Source of the DNA: Chitinophagaceae bacterium
GTDB lineage: Bacteria > Bacteroidota > Bacteroidia > Chitinophagales > Chitinophagaceae
Assembly (NCBI GenBank): GCA_025923075.1
Contig: JAICGN010000004.1
Span: 18,832-58,831 of the forward strand
Length of the DNA stretch: 40,000 nucleotides
Direction: 5' to 3'
In this document: positions 34,394-40,000 of the stretch, one piece after another
Numbering within the stretch: the first letter of the stretch is position 1
How the letters are laid out: each line of letters begins with the position of its first letter
Made by a program: the position numbers and the translations under genes
The notes under the pieces: model-generated
Told to the model about the DNA's origin: nothing
The model's input: the letters and a program-made list of their open reading frames with translations, nothing else
Databases searched by the model: none

Positions 34394-35863
34394 TTATTGG
34401 ATTGCCTTCATCACTATTTCCCTTACTTTATCCAAATGGATACGCTCCTGTAACATGGTATCTCTGTAGCGGATAGTAACTGTATTATCTTCCTTGGTTT
34501 GATGATCGGCTGTAACACAGAATGGAGTACCGATCGCATCCATACGACGATAACGCTTACCAATCGTATCTTTTTCTTCATAAAAACAGCGGAAAGAAGA
34601 CTTGCAATCATCCATGATCTTTCTTGCAATTTCAGGCAAGCCATCTTTCTTCACTAGTGGTAACACAGCCAGTTTCATCGGTGCAAGCCTGGGTGGAAAT
34701 TTCAACATCGTTCGACTATCCTGCTTTTCTGCTGTACTCAGGTCTTGTTCCTCATAACAATGGCTGAGCACAGCCAGGAACATACGATCCAAACCAATGG
34801 ATGTTTCCACAACATAAGGAATATAATTTCCATAAGGTTTACCTGTAGCGGGATCAATGTCATTATCAAAATACTGTTGCTTTTTCTTACTGTATTCCTG
34901 GTGATTCTTCAAATCAAAATCGGTACGGCTGTGAATTCCTTCCAGCTCTTTAAATCCAATTGGGAAATTAAACTCTATATCACAGGCTGCATCGGCGTAA
35001 TGCGCCAATTTAATGTGATCGTGGAATCGGTATTGTTCTTTGCCGAAGCCTAATGATAAATGCCATTTCATTCTTTCTTCCTTCCAGTACTCATACCATT
35101 TCTTCTGTGTGCCGGGCTGGATAAAAAATTGCATTTCCATTTGCTCAAATTCTCTCATGCGAAATATAAATTGTCTTGCTACAATCTCATTGCGAAATGC
35201 TTTACCGATCTGTGCAATACCAAAAGGAATTTTCATTCTTCCGGTCTTCTGCACATTTAAAAAATTTACAAAAATCCCCTGTGCAGTTTCAGGTCTTAAA
35301 TAAACCTTATTGTCTTCATCATCGCTTGAAATGGTGGAACCAAATTCTGTTGAGAACATTAAATTGAATTGGCGAATATCGGTCCAGTCACTTGTTCCGC
35401 TAACGGCGCATTTTATCCTATTATCATCAATTAATTTTTTCAACCCTGCAAAATCATCCTTCGCTAATAAGGCATCCATCTGTTCAAGTACACTAGTTGC
35501 CAATTGCTCGTTGCCTTTTTCCCTTTGTTCTTCTGCAAAGCCTTCGATCAAATGATCAACCCGGTATCTTTTCTTGCTGTCTTTATTATCGATCATCGGG
35601 TCGTTGAAATTATCAACGTGACCAGAAGCTTTCCATGTTGTTGGATGCATAAAGATCGCTGCATCAATACCCACAATGTTCTCGTACATGCGGGTCATGC
35701 TATCCCACCAATAATCCTTGATATTTTTTTTTAATTCACTGCCCCATTGTCCATAATCATAAACGGCCTGTAACCCGTCATAAATTTCGCTGCTGGGAAA
35801 CACAAAGCCATACTCTTTGGCGTGAGAAATAATTGCCTGGAATTTATTCTGATCATTTGCCAT
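34394..35863 (-). CDS. glyQS: glycine--tRNA ligase (dimeric class II type)
   Basis: Family-typical N-terminus (IISHAKEYGFVFPSSEIYDGL...YDYGQWG), RPETAQGIFVNF, FRNEI, class II motifs, and a C-terminal anticodon-binding domain. Confidence 0.95.
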   Translation of the reverse strand: MANDQNKFQAIISHAKEYGFVFPSSEIYDGLQAVYDYGQWGSELKKNIKDYWWDSMTRMYENIVGIDAAIFMHPTTWKASGHVDNFNDPMIDNKDSKKRYRVDHLIEGFAEEQREKGNEQLATSVLEQMDALLAKDDFAGLKKLIDDNRIKCAVSGTSDWTDIRQFNLMFSTEFGSTISSDDEDNKVYLRPETAQGIFVNFLNVQKTGRMKIPFGIAQIGKAFRNEIVARQFIFRMREFEQMEMQFFIQPGTQKKWYEYWKEERMKWHLSLGFGKEQYRFHDHIKLAHYADAACDIEFNFPIGFKELEGIHSRTDFDLKNHQEYSKKKQQYFDNDIDPATGKPYGNYIPYVVETSIGLDRMFLAVLSHCYEEQDLSTAEKQDSRTMLKFPPRLAPMKLAVLPLVKKDGLPEIARKIMDDCKSSFRCFYEEKDTIGKRYRRMDAIGTPFCVTADHQTKEDNTVTIRYRDTMLQERIHLDKVREIVMKAIQ

Positions 35864-35907
35864 AGCGGCAAAGATAAGTGCCGAAGGCTTTTCAGTAGTA
35901 AGAGAGA

Positions 35908-36927
35908 TCAGGTCTTTTCTGATTGTACTTTTTCCTGATGGGCTTTTTCTTCCTGCGCCTTTTCTTCTTCTACTTTTTGTCCATCTGTTGTTTTAGGCAG
36001 CGGTTGCCTGGAAGCCACTTCGACTCTTTCTACCCATACCGCATATTTGTTTGGATAAATATTGGAGCCCATTTCAATTGCATACTGTCGTGTAAATGCA
36101 GCGCCGAAATAAAGGATCATTGACGAAAAATACACCCATAGCAATACGATGATAATAGAGCCGGTTGTTCCATATGCCGTTGTCATCTGGCTATGACCAA
36201 GATAATAGCTGATCAAAAACTTTGCCCCCATAAAGAAAAATGCCGTGGTAAATGCTCCTACTCTCACATGCTTCCATTCGATTTTTGCATCGGGCAACAC
36301 TTTAAAGATGATACCGAAAATAAATGCAGTAATAAAAAATGTAAGAAGAAGATTCACGATATAAACTACGATCACCGTAACATCAGGAAATTTTTGTAAC
36401 AAGTGATTTAATAAGATATCCAATGCCCCGTTAATGACTAACGAAACAAGAAGAATGAATCCAAGACTCACGATTATTGAAAATGAAAGAAGACGATTGA
36501 TAATTAACCGTAGCCACCCACGTCCTTTTTTTGGTTTTGACTTCAATTTCCAAATAAGATTTATTGAATCCTGTATTTCGTTAAAAACTGCCGTAGCTCC
36601 AATAATGAGAGAGCCAAAACCGATAATAGTCGCCAGCTTGCTTGAATCAGCGAACATTGACGATTGCATGGTTTGCTGGATGCTGTTTGCTGCCGCCGAA
36701 CCCACAAACCCTTCTATCTGTTTATAGATCGTGCCCTCAATAATTTCACGCCCATAAAACATAGTAGCAAACCAGATAATGATGATCAGCAGTCCGGGCA
36801 ACGAAAAAATTGTAGAAAAAGCAAGTGATGAACTTAGCTTAAGTACATCATCATCTATGAAATCTGTAGCAGATCTCTTCAATATATTCCATAACCTTTT
36901 TGGTGCCATAAAAGGGAAAATGGTCAT
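35908..36927 (-). CDS. YihY/BrkB-family inner membrane protein
   Basis: FIDDDVLKLSSSLAFSTIFSLPGLL is the YihY N-terminal signature. Six TM helices. E/K-rich low-complexity C-terminal tail. An alternative start at MAPKRL (36909) is possible. Confidence 0.85.
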   Translation of the reverse strand: MTIFPFMAPKRLWNILKRSATDFIDDDVLKLSSSLAFSTIFSLPGLLIIIIWFATMFYGREIIEGTIYKQIEGFVGSAAANSIQQTMQSSMFADSSKLATIIGFGSLIIGATAVFNEIQDSINLIWKLKSKPKKGRGWLRLIINRLLSFSIIVSLGFILLVSLVINGALDILLNHLLQKFPDVTVIVVYIVNLLLTFFITAFIFGIIFKVLPDAKIEWKHVRVGAFTTAFFFMGAKFLISYYLGHSQMTTAYGTTGSIIIVLLWVYFSSMILYFGAAFTRQYAIEMGSNIYPNKYAVWVERVEVASRQPLPKTTDGQKVEEEKAQEEKAHQEKVQSEKT

Positions 36928-37061
36928 ACTAATGACTTACATACATAATGCCAAAAGATAGGTCAAAGTTGCCGGTAGAAAGTTGAAAGAATTTATTTTC
37001 CCGGCTTTTAAGCCCTGATTAGGCTTTTGTTCCGCGTGAGGTGGACCCTTGTGCGGCAACA

Positions 37062-37079
37062 ACCCGATAGCCATCGGGT
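37062..37079. repeat. REP-like palindrome ACCCGAT-AGCC-ATCGGGT
   Basis: 7-bp stem with a 4-nt loop, 12 nt downstream of the mazG-like stop (minus strand). It is preceded on the plus strand by CGGCAAC, as at the 12358 copy. Confidence 0.65.
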
Positions 37080-37090
37080 CTATCACCGTA

Positions 37091-37417
37091 TTAATGCAAC
37101 TTCTTATTCTGTTGATGCCTTTCAGTATCCCTCAGCGTTTTCTTTTCAATATTTTTTTGAAACGCTTCAGTTAGGTCAACACCTGTTTGGTTGGCGAGAC
37201 AGATGAGTACCCAAAGCACATCGGCCATTTCTTCAGCCATGTTTTTGTCAAGGTCGGTCTTTTTAAAGGATTGGTCGCCATAAGTGCGGGCCATAATACG
37301 GGCCAGCTCTCCTACTTCTTCTGTTAGGATCGCCATATTGGTTAGCTCGCTGAAATAACGGACACCAACCGTCTTTATCCAGCCATCGACTTGTTGTTGC
37401 GCTTCATTAATAGTCAT
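37091..37417 (-). CDS. MazG-like nucleotide pyrophosphohydrolase (small, single domain)
   Basis: LTEEVGELARIM...EEMADVLWVLICLANQTGVDL carries the MazG EExxE/ExxD metal-binding helices. The ATG at 37417 (MTINEAQ) is preferred over the ORF-track start at 37477. Confidence 0.85.
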   Translation of the reverse strand: MTINEAQQQVDGWIKTVGVRYFSELTNMAILTEEVGELARIMARTYGDQSFKKTDLDKNMAEEMADVLWVLICLANQTGVDLTEAFQKNIEKKTLRDTERHQQNKKLH

Positions 37418-37552
37418 AACAAAATTTTTATTGACCCTGTGCAATTTAGCATGATTCTTGACGTTTTCATCTTCCACTATTTTTTCCGGGCGTACCTCCT
37501 ACCCTTTGATACTGTTAAAACCGATTATTCTATTTAACAATTTTAGTATCCC

Positions 37553-37900
37553 ATGATGAAGCCAATTATCCTGAAGGCAATTCTTGTCTTTGCACTTTTT
37601 AATGTTACCTGTTTTATCCAGGCCCAGGTAAAGCCATTAGGCACTCCTGGAAAAGCAACGTCTGTATCACCCGCAAAGCCTTATAAGATACTTACCAATG
37701 GTAAACAAATTACCATCCAGTCAAAACTGGATATCCGATCTGTTTTGGTTTGGACCTCCAGTGGCCACAGGATTGTGGAGCAAAAGGAGATCAATGCTGC
37801 TATTTACAAATTCACCTTCCCGGTAAGAGAGAAAGTTCTCTTCCTGATGCTTGAAACGATTAATGGAAAAAGATTTACTGAAAAAATTGGCGTACAATAA
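37553..37900 (+). CDS. hypothetical secreted protein (115 aa)
   Basis: Signal peptide MMKPIILKAILVFALFNVTCFIQAQ. No motif recognised. Confidence 0.55.
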   Translation: MMKPIILKAILVFALFNVTCFIQAQVKPLGTPGKATSVSPAKPYKILTNGKQITIQSKLDIRSVLVWTSSGHRIVEQKEINAAIYKFTFPVREKVLFLMLETINGKRFTEKIGVQ

Positions 37901-37932
37901 GTCAATCATTGAAAATAGCATAGAGTATTTGC

Positions 37933-38385
37933 CTATTCCCTGTTTTTTGTATCGATCATTATGGTTACGGGTCCGTCGTTCAACAGCTCCACTTTCATAT
38001 CGGCGCCAAAAATTCCAGTTCTAATAGTTTTGCCCAATTGATTTGAAAGCTGCTGAACCAGTTGTTCATATATTGGGATTGCAAGTTCAGGCTTGCTTGC
38101 TTTTAAATATGAAGGCCGGTTTCCTTTTTTGGTAGAAGCATGTAAAGTAAATTGACTAACCACAAGAATATCTCCATTACAATCTTTTACTGAAACATTC
38201 ATTACGCCGTTTTCATCTTTAAATATCCGCAGGTTGACAATTTTATTGGAGAGCCATTCAATATCTTCAGCAGTATCAGCATCCTCTATTCCCAGGAGCA
38301 CAAGCAAGCCATTATTTATTTGAGAATAAGTTCTATTATCAATTGTAACATTGGCCTTGCTTACTCTCTGAATAACCGCTCTCAT
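37933..38385 (-). CDS. dtd: D-aminoacyl-tRNA deacylase
   Basis: MRAVIQRVSKA...LLVLLGI...SQFTL...GNRPS...GADM: Dtd signature motifs at the typical length of 150 aa. Confidence 0.95.
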   Translation of the reverse strand: MRAVIQRVSKANVTIDNRTYSQINNGLLVLLGIEDADTAEDIEWLSNKIVNLRIFKDENGVMNVSVKDCNGDILVVSQFTLHASTKKGNRPSYLKASKPELAIPIYEQLVQQLSNQLGKTIRTGIFGADMKVELLNDGPVTIMIDTKNRE

Positions 38386-38488
38386 GATCGCAAGATAAAA
38401 AGTTTATGATTTATAGTTTATCGCCGATGGTTCTTAAATTTGAAGTAGTCTTAACGATAAACAAAAAACTATAAACGATAAACCCAAC

Positions 38489-38893
38489 ATACCCGACCTA
38501 TCTCCGGAAATATCTTTTCAGACCACCCGCAGCGGGGGTAAGGGAGGACAAAATGTAAATAAAGTGGAAACTGCCGTTATCGGGTATTTGGACATTAATG
38601 CCTCTCAACTCCTGGATGAGGAACAAAAAGCAACTATTAAAGAGAAGTTACCCAACCGCATCAACAACGAAGGAATGTTATTTGTGAAATCCCAGACTTA
38701 TCGCACACAACTTGAAAACAAGGATGAGGTAATTAATAAAATAAATGAGCTGGTGACAAAAGCATTAGCGAAAAAGAAAAAACGCAAACCCACCAGGGCA
38801 ACCAAAGCTGCAAAAGAGAAAAGATTAGCGTTCAAGAAGTTAAAAGGTGAAATAAAAGAGGGTCGCCGGCGAATTGACCCGCATAACATGTGA
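38489..38893 (+). CDS. arfB: ArfB (YaeJ)-type peptidyl-tRNA hydrolase / ribosome rescue factor; start codon unresolved
   Basis: The frame is open from 38444 and encodes ...PDLSPEISFQTTRSGGKGGQNVNKVETAV...RTQLENK... with a basic tail KKKKRKPTRATKAAKEKRLAFKK. The GGQ motif (38543-38551) lies upstream of the first canonical start, the GTG at 38564. No ATG/GTG/TTG is in frame between 38444 and 38563. ATA at 38489 sits where family members start. Confidence 0.7.
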   Translation: MPDLSPEISFQTTRSGGKGGQNVNKVETAVIGYLDINASQLLDEEQKATIKEKLPNRINNEGMLFVKSQTYRTQLENKDEVINKINELVTKALAKKKKRKPTRATKAAKEKRLAFKKLKGEIKEGRRRIDPHNM

Positions 38894-38926
38894 TGCTGCT
38901 CAAATATTTATTAAATTTAATGCCTG

Positions 38927-39970
38927 ATGAAGTGGAGACTGATCATTATAATTTTTCTTGTAACCCTTACCGGAAGCTTCTTAATCAACGCCTGCAAAAA
39001 AGGCCAGGAAGATGTGTCCGGTAAAACTGGTTTGACGTTTTCAGTGCCCACCGGCTTCCCTCAGCCTCTTTATGATTTTTCAAAAAATCCATTAACGGAA
39101 GAAGGTTTTCAACTAGGCAAAATGTTATTTTATGATGGCCGTCTTTCAAAAGATGGAAATTATCCCTGCGCATCCTGTCATCACCAGGTCGCTGTATTTG
39201 GCACTTATGATCATGATCTAAGTCATGGTTATAATGACCAGCATTCTAACCGGAATGCAAGCCCGCTTTTCAATCTTGCATGGAAAGATGCCTTTCATGC
39301 TGATGGAAAGTACAAGACGTTGGAAGATGAATGTCTTGATCCGATACAGGCGCCAAATCAAATGGCTGAGGAAATGGGAAATGTGTTGACTAAACTTCGC
39401 CATGATGCACATACACTGCAAATGTTTAAAGCTGCATTTGGCACAGAAGAAATAACAATTGAAAGAATGCAAAAAGCATTAGCGCAATTCACGGTGTCAA
39501 TGATCACGGCCAATTCAAAATACGACCAGGTAAAGAGAGGCCAGAATCTTTTCAGTGATTATGAACAAAGAGGTTATGATCTTTATAAGGCCAATTGTGC
39601 TTCCTGTCACCCTGAACCTATGTTTACCGATTACTCATACAGGAATACTGGTCTTTTAGTTGATCCTCACTTAAAAGATTATGGCAGATTCATGGTTACA
39701 GGAAAAAAAGAAGATTCATTAAAATTCAAAGTGCCTTCACTAAGAAATGTTTCTATTACTTATCCTTATATGCATGATGGCCGCTATAAAAGTTTGAAAG
39801 CATGTATTGAACATTATGGTAATAATGTTCAGCAGAGCACTACGCTTGATCCATCATTAAGCAATGGAATTCAGTTTACCAGCAATGAGATTATTGATTT
39901 GGTTGCTTTCTTAAGAGCGTTAACAGATTCCACACTGACAAAAGACCTGCGATTTTATCAAACACATTAG
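38927..39970 (+). CDS. di-heme cytochrome c peroxidase (CCP/MauG family), lipoprotein
   Basis: Lipobox FLINAC. Two CxxCH motifs (CASCHHQ, CASCHPE). SLRNVSITYPYMHDG motif. Paralog of the CDS at 1..959. Confidence 0.9.
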   Translation: MKWRLIIIIFLVTLTGSFLINACKKGQEDVSGKTGLTFSVPTGFPQPLYDFSKNPLTEEGFQLGKMLFYDGRLSKDGNYPCASCHHQVAVFGTYDHDLSHGYNDQHSNRNASPLFNLAWKDAFHADGKYKTLEDECLDPIQAPNQMAEEMGNVLTKLRHDAHTLQMFKAAFGTEEITIERMQKALAQFTVSMITANSKYDQVKRGQNLFSDYEQRGYDLYKANCASCHPEPMFTDYSYRNTGLLVDPHLKDYGRFMVTGKKEDSLKFKVPSLRNVSITYPYMHDGRYKSLKACIEHYGNNVQQSTTLDPSLSNGIQFTSNEIIDLVAFLRALTDSTLTKDLRFYQTH

Positions 39971-40000
39971 ATTTTCTTACGGGACTTGATGGCTTCAAGT

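Noticed and set aside
38564-38893. ORF-track GTG start for the ArfB-like gene
   Set aside because: Starting at 38564 would remove the RSGGKGGQNVNK catalytic motif, which is encoded in the same open frame immediately upstream. The biologically meaningful frame extends to at least about 38489.

Overview
This is a gene-dense chromosomal segment with about 36 intact CDS on both strands. It reads as a Bacteroidota genome, probably Chitinophagia or Sphingobacteriia-like. That placement is an inference from a T9SS type-B sorting-domain remnant, many lipoprotein and OMP signal peptides, the absence of Shine-Dalgarno sequences, a TAnnTTTG -7 box, and the gene content. Most of the window is housekeeping or envelope functions:
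- Redox and stress: two di-heme cytochrome c peroxidase paralogs at the two window edges, HtpG, PFOR (nifJ-type), thioredoxin, exonuclease III.
- Envelope and proteolysis: a TesA-like SGNH hydrolase next to a YbbA/YbbP-like MacB-type ABC transporter, a tricorn-type S41 protease, a GH18 chitinase, an NfeD/SPFH pair.
- Signalling: a BlaI/BlaR1-type pair, an HD-domain (p)ppGpp-hydrolase-like protein, an orphan histidine kinase.
- Translation quality control: GlyRS, YihY, a MazG-like protein, Dtd and ArfB.

I saw no rRNA, tRNA, CRISPR array, transposase, integrase or phage genes, and I found no obvious defence island.

The points most worth a second look are:
1. A BlaI/BlaR1-type module whose extracytoplasmic sensor is an exactly phased 87-nt (29-aa) tandem repeat array. 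An array of ATTAGT/ACTAAT half-sites lies upstream of it.
2. A small REP-like palindrome family (CCCGATAGCYATCGGG), one copy of which sits in frame inside the blaR1-like gene.
3. An ArfB homolog whose catalytic GGQ motif lies upstream of the first canonical start codon.
4. Near-identical GTGA-N6-TCAC dyads upstream of two neighbouring genes (thioredoxin and a SAM methyltransferase).
5. Three decayed gene remnants: a T9SS type-B CTD protein, a DUF559 endonuclease and an MtfA/M90 peptidase.
6. A hairpin-dense 650-nt intergenic region, and two G+C-rich intergenic islands that could hide small RNAs or peptides.

All functional calls come from reading motifs in the supplied translations. No database search was possible.
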